From an uncultured Candidatus Saccharibacteria bacterium (GTDB lineage: Bacteria > Patescibacteriota > Doudnabacteria > UBA920), in contig CAZTCH010000006.1 in assembly GCA_964612745.1 (NCBI GenBank), positions 5,477-69,476 of the forward strand: a DNA stretch of 64,000 nt, read 5' to 3'. The notes beneath the pieces are model-generated. The model saw nothing but the letters and a program-made list of their open reading frames with translations. It searched no databases and had not been told where the DNA came from. Made by a program: the position numbers and the translations under genes. Shown piece by piece: positions 27,301-34,922 of the stretch (position 1 is its first letter; each line of letters opens with the position of its first letter).

Positions 27301-28031
27301 TTAGAGTGGATGAGCAGCTACGCTCTCATATTTCTGGGAAGATTGGTCACAAACAAGAATTTATTTTTTGTGCAGAGACTAATGTGCCGCTTTTACCAAC
27401 TGAAGCCGAGACATGCGAGGTAACAGGTAAAGTAGTTGTGCCAGGTTTGCTAGAGAAGTGTGAGGTGACAGGGAAAATGGTATTGCCAGATTTGCTCGAA
27501 AAGAGTGCGCTGAGTAGTAAGAAGGCATTAAAGAAATATTTTGTCGCCAGTAACCTTTCTAATGCTAATATTTTGGAGCAGGAAGCAATTAGATCAGCTA
27601 TTGGTAATTTCTGCACACCTCAAGAGGCCAGGCTGTGCTCTTGGAGTGGCAAACTTTGTCATCCTGATGATTTGAGAATCTGCGACCTAACCGGACTAGA
27701 GATTGAGTTTGAGTACGCTACTAGTAACGGAGGTACTCGACTGGGCCCTCTCGTGCTTATGCTTGATGGTGTGTCGCGAAAGGGAGACTTCTCTGAGCAC
27801 TGGCGAGCTCTGGCAGATAATTTGACTAAAGCTTTGGGTGGTGGGCGAGCTAATATTGAGGCTGCAACGCTTTCGCCAAATAAACAAAATATTGCAGTGT
27901 GCGCTGAGGTGCGTACATGGGTTGGTCTGCAAACCCGTCATACTGGATTCGTGTTTTCTGTATCAGACAATAGTATTATAGGCAGAGTTGTTCAGGGGAA
28001 GAGGGTTACTGGTGGCTGGTCCATTCGTTGA
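24330..28031 (+). CDS. SNF2-family ATPase/helicase (1233 aa) with a large C-terminal repeat domain of unknown function.
   Basis: The N-terminal roughly 530 aa carry DVGLGKT (motif I), DEAHKLRN (II), TATP (III) and QRIGRIQR (VI). The C-terminus carries about 14 degenerate 15-residue repeats with a C-x-x-T/S-G-K motif, including an exact tandem 45-bp DNA repeat at 27412-27501. Confidence 0.9.
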   Translation: MTPTTAQFDSKVLRRSKSESDFNLYRAALEWGLIDPIVIESSEDLKSKYRWEDRVSPYKHQVTNLITFCRRLPVSLLADDVGLGKTISAGLIASELISRGRLTKILIVCPKILRDQWQEELRVKFDIQSVIVTGQELVKVKPPEEGGAVITTYNTARLYLDKIEKVGYEMLILDEAHKLRNLYGTDAAPKVALKFKKALADRLFQYVLMLTATPIHNRLWDIYSLIDLLAVARGHENPFGQEGIFARKYIEGDKIQARRLRLEAKEEFRDNVYRYMSRIRRGDTDLSFPERVIQLHPVEPSAEEVELLNLIREPIKEVNFLSQITILQTFVSSPEALLRVLENMALNKTLPKSLQLQDVKAIVSRIKITAKLKGLGILIEKLSQEKPEDWRAVIFTTRRETQTTIQHFLQQKGISCGLINGDSGSRNQDTIANFTADVPKIHVIVSTEAGSEGVNLQKANVLVNYDLPWNPMIVEQRIGRIQRLSSKFAKVSIFNIILKGTFEEYIVARLVEKLQMASNAIGDIEALLEASGIDDDDNDSDGFADKIGKLVLASLAGMDVQESTLRIEKSIEDAKFKLEQEKQTINTLLGSMNGAEDMGPKCPKLPTQVRSINVQSFVMQALESLGVRIEEKSGQRVAVSENQQEVIRFSDEKVDPDLISTLYAPGTPAFERLVSRVAARDLHLTEDVDTDIINSLKEISCQWAEGFEGEIQDSRITETWRCFQGSALVRVRATVACDSYERLIDIDCSPEDHCMETGKYGLDTIGEIIDQPSSVGVVTKHLYEKALMDEGISEFSRFYTERRAQEISASGSDERKRKKVEDDFTPRLDIVLVGLKGTVYRKIKTLASYKLSADFEYQSSLLITPYTNTINQSPDLVRCDKTGRMAPQDCIAKCEISGSRVLRHLLVASELSGRLALPEHILICSLSTKRVLIDEADKSSITGKMITKNLLYTSAVSGKTAEPEFFSKCEFTDTHALEAELEISQVSGKKFRVDEQLRSHISGKIGHKQEFIFCAETNVPLLPTEAETCEVTGKVVVPGLLEKCEVTGKMVLPDLLEKSALSSKKALKKYFVASNLSNANILEQEAIRSAIGNFCTPQEARLCSWSGKLCHPDDLRICDLTGLEIEFEYATSNGGTRLGPLVLMLDGVSRKGDFSEHWRALADNLTKALGGGRANIEAATLSPNKQNIAVCAEVRTWVGLQTRHTGFVFSVSDNSIIGRVVQGKRVTGGWSIR

Positions 28032-28119
28032 TTATTCTTGTTCTGCCAGATTAAGAAAAGGTACCATAAAGAAAAGGTGTCAGGTACCTTTTGTAGTTAC
28101 TTTTTGGTATTATGTCTGT

Positions 28120-28379
28120 ATGGATAAAAAAGTTTTGCGAGGGCTTGCGCTTAAAAAAGAGGAGAACGATAAGGTAGTAAAGCGCATTATTACTTTTTCC
28201 AGTCGGAAAGAGACGAAGAAATTGGTGTTATTGCCGCACAGGAGGTGCTCGATTTTTTTCTTGAGGAGGTTGGGGCTGTTATTTACAACCAAGGGGTGGA
28301 CGATGCGCAGTCTGCTTTGAAAGAGCAGCTAGAAGAACTAGAGTATGCGCTGGGAATGTTAAAAAAAGACACAAAGTAA
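28120..28379 (+). pseudogene. Small conserved-looking protein (tentatively DUF2164-like) interrupted by a -1 frameshift in a T5 homopolymer at 28194-28198.
   Basis: Frame 1 reads MDKKVLRGLALKKEENDKVVKRIITF. It then continues in another frame as QSERDEEIGVIAAQEVLDFFLEEVGAVIYNQGVDDAQ...KDTK*, which has no start codon of its own. One extra T would restore a single 86-aa ORF. Confidence 0.5.
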
Positions 28380-28394
28380 TTTTATTGAAAATAT

Positions 28395-28820
28395 ATGGCA
28401 AGCGTAAATCCTTGGATTAACTTTAACGGCAATGCGGAAGAAGCATTTACGTTTTACAAGTCAGTGTTTGGCGGAGAGTTCGGCAAAGTTGTACGGTTCA
28501 AAGATCTTGCCAGTGCAGAATTTCCTGTCCCAGAAAACGAGCAAGAAAAAATCATGCTTATTACCTTGCCAATTGGGCAGGGAAGCGAGCTCATGGCGAA
28601 CGACGTGCCAGCAGTTATGGGCAAAGTAAACGAGCGGGAAAACAGAAGCAAAATTTCCGTGCGCGCAGAAAGCAAAGAAGAAGCAGAAAAGTTGTTTGCT
28701 GGTTTGTCTGCTGGGGGAGAGGTAGAAGGTCCAATGGGCGACGGTCCGTGGGGTTCTTATGCTGGCATGTTCCGCGACAAGTACGGCATTGAGTGGATAA
28801 TCGAGTTTTACACAAAATAA
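28395..28820 (+). CDS. VOC-superfamily protein, PhnB-like.
   Basis: NPWINFNGNAEEAFTFYKSVFGGEF is a PhnB/3-demethylubiquinone-like N-terminus. Confidence 0.8.
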   Translation: MASVNPWINFNGNAEEAFTFYKSVFGGEFGKVVRFKDLASAEFPVPENEQEKIMLITLPIGQGSELMANDVPAVMGKVNERENRSKISVRAESKEEAEKLFAGLSAGGEVEGPMGDGPWGSYAGMFRDKYGIEWIIEFYTK

Positions 28821-28827
28821 CATATTT

Positions 28828-29214
28828 ATGAATAGTACCCAACATTCGCAAAGAATAAGTGTAGTGAAAGAGTTGTATATACCGTTTGTGGTTTTGATTG
28901 CTTTTTTTCTTGTGCAGGCACTTGGTATTATTGGCGAGGTCGGACTTACACTTGGGATTATAGGTGTGACGCTTTTCACGTTCGCCATGCGTTGCCACGT
29001 AGGGGAGGTAAAATTGTTGTTGATTGGTACAGCCTTGGGCGCGTTTTTAGAAATTGGTTTACGAGTGTTTGGTTTCCAACAAGTTTGGACTCGCGCGTCT
29101 TTGTTTGGCGTTCCGTATTGGTTACCACTCATATGGGGTTTAGGTTTTGTATTAATTACTCGGCTTGGTATATATATTAGAAAAATGCAAGACACAGTGG
29201 ATGTGCACGCATAA
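28828..29214 (+). CDS. Hypothetical integral membrane protein (128 aa).
   Basis: Three to four hydrophobic helices. The start overlaps the stop region of the upstream gene. Confidence 0.6.
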   Translation: MNSTQHSQRISVVKELYIPFVVLIAFFLVQALGIIGEVGLTLGIIGVTLFTFAMRCHVGEVKLLLIGTALGAFLEIGLRVFGFQQVWTRASLFGVPYWLPLIWGLGFVLITRLGIYIRKMQDTVDVHA

Positions 29215-29338
29215 GTCTGTAGTAAAAAGGCCACCTTCGCACTGCGCGAAGGTGACCTTTGTTTATTGAGTTTTTATTGTTTCTTTTGATAAAGCGCACG
29301 CAGTGTGTTACCGTAGTTGCAATAGGTAAACTTGCTCT

Positions 29339-30019
29339 ATGAACCAAAACTTTGTTGTTGTATTTTCCCACGGCATGGGTGTACGGAAAGATAATCTCGG
29401 CTTGTTCACAGACATAGCACAGCTGTTGTCGACCCACGGAGTTGAGAGTGTGCAGTTTGACTACAATGTAATAGATGACGAAAAAAACGAAGTCTTTGTA
29501 CCGCCATTTAGCCAGCAAGCAGAAAAACTGCAATCGGTTTTGGCAGAGACTGCACAGCGGTATCCTGCGAAAGATATTATCATAATTGCTCAGTCACAAG
29601 GGTGCGTCATTCCCACCTTGTGTACTTTGTCTTTCGTTCGACAAGTGATTGGCATTGCTCCATTTTTCCATACGAACATGGCGGAAGTTGTGAAGCGTTT
29701 TGAATCGAAGCCAGAAAACAAATTAGATTTCACGTCTGTGTCCCGAAGACATCGGACCGATGGTAGCACAACACTGTTCCCACCGGAATACTGGCAGGAG
29801 CGATTTAAAATGGACATTGTGCAGCGCTACAACAGTCTTGCGCAACAGGTGCAATTGAGTTTGATTTATGGGCACGACGATAAGATTATCGACTTTAACA
29901 ACTTGCGTGACATAAAGTACGCCAGAATTATTAACGCCGACGGTAACCACGATTTTTCGGCACAGTACCGAGCCGGTTTGCTAAAGATTGTTGCGCAAGA
30001 GTTACAGCTGCAGTCTTAG
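29339..30019 (+). CDS. Alpha/beta-hydrolase-fold protein.
   Basis: VVVFSHGMG, a nucleophile-elbow-like IIIAQSQGC, and a C-terminal His region. Confidence 0.7.
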   Translation: MNQNFVVVFSHGMGVRKDNLGLFTDIAQLLSTHGVESVQFDYNVIDDEKNEVFVPPFSQQAEKLQSVLAETAQRYPAKDIIIIAQSQGCVIPTLCTLSFVRQVIGIAPFFHTNMAEVVKRFESKPENKLDFTSVSRRHRTDGSTTLFPPEYWQERFKMDIVQRYNSLAQQVQLSLIYGHDDKIIDFNNLRDIKYARIINADGNHDFSAQYRAGLLKIVAQELQLQS

Positions 30020-30050
30020 TATGCTGGCGCATGACCCACCGCAGGAGACC

Positions 30051-30428
30051 ATGACCGTTATGTCTATATCTAGAAAAAAATTTGTGCTCCTGTTTTTACT
30101 CTCTGGGTTTGCCTTTATGGCAATTACTACTTCTTTGTTGGGAAGTACAGGACCGCGTGGGTTTCCGAAACAGCCGGACTCTGTGTTACGTACGGGGAGT
30201 GACTCACCAGTAGCGTGGAAGCGCGTGCTGGCTGCGGGGCTTTATCCGATTAAAGTTGTATTGCTCTGGCCGTTAGCATTGCCAAACAGTACTTTTTTAC
30301 AAGATGATCCACCACCACCGTTTGTGGGTGCGTACATTGCGGCGTATTGGAGTTTACTCGCACTCGGTTTACACGCTGTACTGAAAGTGATGGCCCGAAC
30401 GCGACGAGTGTCAGTTTCTAAGGTGTAA
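30051..30428 (+). CDS. Hypothetical membrane protein.
   Basis: An ORF with several TM helices. An alternative start lies at 29988. Confidence 0.5.
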   Translation: MTVMSISRKKFVLLFLLSGFAFMAITTSLLGSTGPRGFPKQPDSVLRTGSDSPVAWKRVLAAGLYPIKVVLLWPLALPNSTFLQDDPPPPFVGAYIAAYWSLLALGLHAVLKVMARTRRVSVSKV

Positions 30429-30670
30429 TAAAACAACCGCCGGTGGCGGTTGTTTTATTTATATTCCAGTTCTGCAAGGTCTATGTGTACGTTGTTCTTT
30501 TCTGCGATTTTAGCAATCCAGCTTACTATGACATCTTGGCGGTGTTTGAGCTCCAAGTAGCGCTCGTCGGAAAGGTGGTTAAGAAAAGGTATCTGGTATC
30601 TTTTCTTAATACCTTTTCTTAAATTCGTATACAAATTTGTAAAAATTGTCTGGCTGTTATTACTGCTATA

Positions 30671-30850
30671 ATGATTTATATGGAACCAGAAAATATAAAA
30701 AAACAGCAACAGAGACTGGAGCAAATATACAAGAATTATTTACAAGAACTTGAATCTTTATTGAATGAAAGAAAACATATAATTACGGATTTTGTGCATG
30801 CGTTAGATGCAAAAAAGATTCAAGCCATTAAAAAGGTGCTAGGTTTATGA
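30671..30850 (+). CDS. Small 59-aa ORF, predicted coiled-coil, translationally coupled (ATGA overlap) to the downstream kinase-like gene.
   Basis: MIYMEPENIKKQQQRLEQIYKNYLQELESLLNERKHIITDFVHALDAKKIQAIKKVLGL. Its stop overlaps the ATG at 30847. An extended -10 TGCTATAAT sits immediately upstream. The ORF is below the 60-aa cutoff of the ORF track. Confidence 0.4.
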   Translation: MIYMEPENIKKQQQRLEQIYKNYLQELESLLNERKHIITDFVHALDAKKIQAIKKVLGL

Positions 30851-31968
30851 GTATTCCAAATCAGGCCTATGAAAAACCAAACATGGAAGATATCGGGCCA
30901 GCCAATGAGCTTGCAGAGCAAGTAATAACTTCTCGACAAAGTTCCGAAAAAGGAGTTTCTAGAGAACAATTAAGACACCTTGCGAGTGAGGTGGCCCAAC
31001 ACGTCGAAGCCCAAGCAGCTCGAGTCGCGAGTGCTGATCTTGGCCTAGATACAGCTCTCGCAGATCCGCATGTGTCTCCTGAGCTTCTTGCAGAAACGAA
31101 GCTAGAAGCAAATGTTGAAAATCGCCTAACTCTAAATAGTGTTAGTTTGGAGGCGCTTGCAAAAGACACACTTTCGCAAGTTAGAGACGTAGAAACAGAA
31201 GTAGTCATGGCAGAGAAAGAGGAGCTAATGGCTAACGCGCCTGTGTTGGGTCCTGGAAAGTTTTTGGGTGGCCATGAAGGGAACGCACATCTGGTGGAGT
31301 TAGGGGGTTTTGGATATGCGGTACAAAAGACTTATGACATGGAGAGTAATCCTCTTGCAGAAGAAGTGCGAGAACGGCGGATTCATCAAGAAAGAGCAGT
31401 TTATGTTCTTGATAGAGCAATAAGGCTTGGAGTAGTCCCTGTAACTATAGAAAGAGTTATCAACGAAAGACTTGCAAGTATGCAAGAGTTTATAGAGGGT
31501 GCTCAAACAAGCAATAAGGTGAAACCTGAACAAGTACCAGTTTCGGAGATGCAAAAAATCGTACTGTTAGATTTAATAACAACAAACTGGGACCGTAGGA
31601 CGAATCCTGAAAACTTACTCGTCCGTCTTTCCGAAGATGGTTCAGGGCAAGATCAGGTGTTCGCTCCAGATAGTGGAGCTTCTGCTTTTAACCCCCGCAC
31701 TGCTTTTGCCTCGGAAATTCCACAAGAATTAACTGAGCAACCACTAGATGCAAACATTGTTAAATTATTGCACAACTTTAATAATAATCCGGGAAAGGTC
31801 ACGCAACTTCAAGCAGATCTAACCTCTTTGCTTGGAGAGAGAACTGCGACATTGTACATTTTACGGATTGACGGATTAAGCCGTTCAATAGATGCTAATG
31901 GGAAGGTGGATTCAGAAAAGCTACGGATGAATATGCAGAGCAACTTTGAAATATCGGAGTTAATGTGA
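30847..31968 (+). CDS. PI3/PI4-kinase-like protein (type II PI4K-like catalytic segment) with an acidic, low-complexity N-terminal region.
   Basis: LLDLITTNWDRRTNPENLLV followed by VFAPDSGASAFNP resembles the catalytic loop (DRxxxN) and the DxG activation segment of PI3/4-kinase-fold enzymes. Confidence 0.55.
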   Translation: MSIPNQAYEKPNMEDIGPANELAEQVITSRQSSEKGVSREQLRHLASEVAQHVEAQAARVASADLGLDTALADPHVSPELLAETKLEANVENRLTLNSVSLEALAKDTLSQVRDVETEVVMAEKEELMANAPVLGPGKFLGGHEGNAHLVELGGFGYAVQKTYDMESNPLAEEVRERRIHQERAVYVLDRAIRLGVVPVTIERVINERLASMQEFIEGAQTSNKVKPEQVPVSEMQKIVLLDLITTNWDRRTNPENLLVRLSEDGSGQDQVFAPDSGASAFNPRTAFASEIPQELTEQPLDANIVKLLHNFNNNPGKVTQLQADLTSLLGERTATLYILRIDGLSRSIDANGKVDSEKLRMNMQSNFEISELM

Positions 31969-32144
31969 GGTATGTTGAGTTAAGAAAAGGTACCAGGTAC
32001 CTTTTCTTAACACATACTCGCACTCGGTTTACACGCTGTACTCGGAGCGGTATTTCGCAAGTAGCGGCTATAGGGTTGTGCGTAGTGGCGTGTAGCTACA
32101 GTTCGCTCTTGAACAATACCCTGTTTTCAGGGCATACTACGTGC

Positions 32145-32597
32145 ATGAGAACTATATACAGAGACATTGTGGGTGGGTTCATTTTTTCGCGTGACGGCAA
32201 ACTGCTTTTAGGTAAAAATCGGAAAGGCGGGGTGTACGAAGGGTGCTACGTTGTCCCGAGTGGTGGAGTCGAGTCTGGAGAAATAAGTGAACAAACTCTC
32301 GCTCAAACTCTAAAAGAAGAAACAGGTATTGTAATCGATAACGCAAAAATCACCGCCATGGGCACCTCCACAGGGGAGCACCAAAAAACACTTGCAGATA
32401 CCGGAGAAGTGGTAAATGTTAAAATGACCTTTCACGATTTCCGCATTGACCTAGACCAAGACGCTGCAGCAGTCACGCTGACCACAGAAGATGACTGGCA
32501 CGAAGCAGAATGGTTCCTAGTTTCTGATCTCGACGAACTGAAGCTGAGTCAGCCTACCTGTAAGCGACTAATTGCTATGGGTTTGGTAAACTTGTAA
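32145..32597 (+). CDS. NUDIX hydrolase.
   Basis: Nudix box GGVESGEISEQTLAQTLKEETGI. The start was chosen at the Met downstream of the palindromic motif; the ORF itself extends to 31965. Confidence 0.8.
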   Translation: MRTIYRDIVGGFIFSRDGKLLLGKNRKGGVYEGCYVVPSGGVESGEISEQTLAQTLKEETGIVIDNAKITAMGTSTGEHQKTLADTGEVVNVKMTFHDFRIDLDQDAAAVTLTTEDDWHEAEWFLVSDLDELKLSQPTCKRLIAMGLVNL

Positions 32598-32637
32598 TAC
32601 ACGTCGCTCGGATACTATTTTATGTAACAGTGCTCTT

Positions 32638-32889
32638 ATGCCAAAAGATGTAGCAGAAAAAATGCCACACAGTACCCCGCAAGACCTTAAACAGGCGCTT
32701 GCAGCAATTCCAAAAGTGCAACAACTTTGGGAAGACATTTCGCCACTGGCCCGCAATGAGTGGGTGTGTTGGGTCACGTCTGGCAAGAAAGCAGAAACGC
32801 GTGGTATTCGCATTGCCAAAGCTATTTCTAAAATGAAAGGCGGCATGCGTCGCCCTTGCTGCTGGATGGGCTGCCCCCACCGTGCATAA
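32638..32889 (+). CDS. Small YdeI/OmpD-associated-family-like protein.
   Basis: An 83-aa protein with the conserved-looking ...WVCWVTSGKKAETRGIRIAKAI... segment. The family assignment is tentative. Confidence 0.55.
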   Translation: MPKDVAEKMPHSTPQDLKQALAAIPKVQQLWEDISPLARNEWVCWVTSGKKAETRGIRIAKAISKMKGGMRRPCCWMGCPHRA

Positions 32890-32950
32890 TCTCTTTTCAA
32901 AAAACACACTCAGTATTTTGTACTGGGTGTGTTTTTTTGTTGGCGTGAAA

Positions 32951-33313
32951 TTAGTTTGCTCGCACAGGCTGCCACAGTTCTATGGGGTTGCCTTCGGGGT
33001 CATAAACGCGAGCAAATGTGCCAATCTCCGGCATGCTGTTCCACTCTGCTTTTTGCTCGACGGCGACACCATTACTTTGCAAGTCTTGGATAAGCGCTGC
33101 AAGGTCGGTGACTCGCAGGTTTAGCATCCATTGTTTGTCTTGCGCAAAGTAGTCTGTAGTGTGCGCAAAAGGTTCAAAGACTGTGGGGCCGGCTTGCTGC
33201 TGCCATACCATGTCTTGAATGTCTATGCCAAGTGTTGTCGTGTACCACTCTTTGAGTGCTTTGGGGTCTGTTGCGCGGAAGAAAAATCCGCCAATGCCAG
33301 TAATGTTGTTCAT
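32951..33313 (-). CDS. VOC/glyoxalase-family protein.
   Basis: MNNITGIGGFFFRATDPKALKEWYTTTLGI...YDPEGNPIELWQP, typical of glyoxalase/bleomycin-resistance-fold proteins. The start was set at the internal Met. Confidence 0.75.
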   Translation of the reverse strand: MNNITGIGGFFFRATDPKALKEWYTTTLGIDIQDMVWQQQAGPTVFEPFAHTTDYFAQDKQWMLNLRVTDLAALIQDLQSNGVAVEQKAEWNSMPEIGTFARVYDPEGNPIELWQPVRAN

Positions 33314-33468
33314 GGGTTGTAGTATAACCCAAAAGGCAGACACATTCCACGCTCTTTTTGCAAAACCTTTAGGTTTGCGTGGTTTTCTGCTTGTCTGTAC
33401 ACTGTGTGTAGCGTTTACGGGCTTGTTTTGCAAGCCTACAACCAAACAACCAGCACAGAGGAGGAATC

Positions 33469-33795
33469 GTGGCAGAAACTATGCAGGCAGAAGTCCGCAC
33501 ATGGCAAAAGCGTAAGGCAGATGGTACCGTGGGGGAAACTGTGTATAAGGGTATTTTTATACCCGTAGGAGAGCATGGGATTCTTGTGCCCCAACTTTCC
33601 CATGGGTGGCGAGTGCTACAGGTTGACCCGGATACGTTTGTGTTCTCGTCAGACGTTCGGCCAGTAAAGGTGCTACTTGCAGATGTCATGCTGGCATTAC
33701 AAATGCTAGCCATAGACAAACTACTGCAATCCACATTAGGCCCGCGGTTTCAGGAGCTCATGGATCCATCGGAAAATGAGGAGGGGCTAGCATGA
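33469..33795 (+). CDS. Hypothetical protein (108 aa).
   Basis: An ORF with a 4-nt overlap with the next ORF. Confidence 0.5.
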   Translation: MAETMQAEVRTWQKRKADGTVGETVYKGIFIPVGEHGILVPQLSHGWRVLQVDPDTFVFSSDVRPVKVLLADVMLALQMLAIDKLLQSTLGPRFQELMDPSENEEGLA

Positions 33796-34016
33796 ATAAA
33801 GCTGAAGCAAAAGCACGAAGGCAGCGTCCCTCGTGCATGGAACTACAACAGTCGAATGCTAAAGCCGCACCGGCTTTATCTGCGACCGAGTCCGAGACAG
33901 AAACTGCTATGCCAATAAAAGATGCTTTTATGGCGCAGCTAAATCAGATTGGCGCTGGTGCAAGGCGCATACAAATAATCACGGGCGAAACTTTAAAAAG
34001 ACGTGTCAATACATAG
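33792..34016 (+). CDS. Hypothetical protein (74 aa).
   Basis: An ORF followed by a terminator hairpin. Confidence 0.45.
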   Translation: MNKAEAKARRQRPSCMELQQSNAKAAPALSATESETETAMPIKDAFMAQLNQIGAGARRIQIITGETLKRRVNT

Positions 34017-34039
34017 CGGCTCACGGGCCGCTACTTCAC

Positions 34040-34066
34040 GCGGGGGATATGTTCTCCCGCTTTTTC
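34040..34066 (+). terminator. Rho-independent terminator (GCGGGGGATATGTTCTCCCGC followed by TTTTT).
   Basis: Hairpin plus T-run. Confidence 0.65.
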
Positions 34067-34140
34067 TATGCTTGGGTATTTAGTTGCGAGTGTGTGCGTT
34101 TGCCGGTATGCTAGAGATAAGTAAATAGAGAGTATAGTTT

Positions 34141-34320
34141 ATGTCACATCATGGGAACAAAGGCGGGGGAGATGCCGTATATGGGTTAGGGCTTATTGGC
34201 GCTGCAGTGTATTTTATTGGGCAAGCAAATGGTTTTTGGATGGGTGTTCTGGGATTGCTAAAAGCTCTCGTGTGGCCAGCGTTTGTCGTGTACGAAGTTC
34301 TCAAATCTTTGTATTCGTAA
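34141..34320 (+). CDS. Small 59-aa membrane protein (Gly-rich, two hydrophobic helices).
   Basis: MSHHGNKGGGDAVYGLGLIGAAVYFIGQANGFWMGVLGLLKALVWPAFVVYEVLKSLYS. The ORF is below the track cutoff. Confidence 0.45.
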   Translation: MSHHGNKGGGDAVYGLGLIGAAVYFIGQANGFWMGVLGLLKALVWPAFVVYEVLKSLYS

Positions 34321-34338
34321 GCTTTATTTTAATTCTCT

Positions 34339-34734
34339 ATGGCACAAGCACAAAATAAGACACAAGAAACAAAGCAGGATCCATTCGAGTTTATAGACTC
34401 TCTGGCAGACGCAACCCAAAAAGCAGACAGTTTCGCATTGGTGAAGCTGTTTCAGAAGGGCACAAAAGCAAAGCCTAAAATGTGGGGGAGTGCGATAATT
34501 GGTTTTGGTTCAAAGAAGTTAGTGTATGCTTCTGGCCGAGAACTGGACTGGATGATTGCAGGGTTTTCCCCTCGAAAAGGTAAACTCGTCTTATACGGTT
34601 TGCCAGTTGCAAAAGAGGCTACGCTTCTTAAAAAGCTAGGTAAACACAAAGTTGGTGGTGGGTGTCTCTATATTACAAAACTGTCTGACGTGGATACTAC
34701 TGTTCTTACGCAACTCATCGCTAAAGCAACATAA
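34339..34734 (+). CDS. DUF1801-like (YdhG-like) protein.
   Basis: MWGSAIIGFG...YASGRELDWMIAGFSPRKGKLVLY matches my recollection of the DUF1801 family pattern. Confidence 0.65.
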   Translation: MAQAQNKTQETKQDPFEFIDSLADATQKADSFALVKLFQKGTKAKPKMWGSAIIGFGSKKLVYASGRELDWMIAGFSPRKGKLVLYGLPVAKEATLLKKLGKHKVGGGCLYITKLSDVDTTVLTQLIAKAT

Positions 34735-34779
34735 ACAGTGTTGGTAGCAATTAGTACTACATTCTAATTTTATTCACAT

Positions 34780-34880
34780 TTGTGAGTAAAATTAGAATTT
34801 TTTTAACGAATTAACGAATTACGAATTAACGTATTCGCTGTCCACCCTTCGAGGGTCTGAGGACCCCTCAGGGTCTCGAA
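34780..34880. repeat. Intergenic repeat: tandem ACGAATT/AACGAATT heptamer-like units plus the hairpin module CCCTTCGAGGGTCTGAGGACCCCTCAGGGTCTCGAACGAC.
   Basis: The same theme occurs at 40605-40660 and 40760-40790. Confidence 0.5.
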
Positions 34881-34922
34881 CGACTCTCCACTAACTTACT
34901 CTTTGCTATACTACAGAAACGT

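Noticed and set aside
30455-30724. 89-aa minus-strand ORF.
   Set aside because: It contains the 30588-30636 palindromic motif within its coding frame, and the plus-strand small ORF plus kinase-like gene explain the region better. It is likely spurious.
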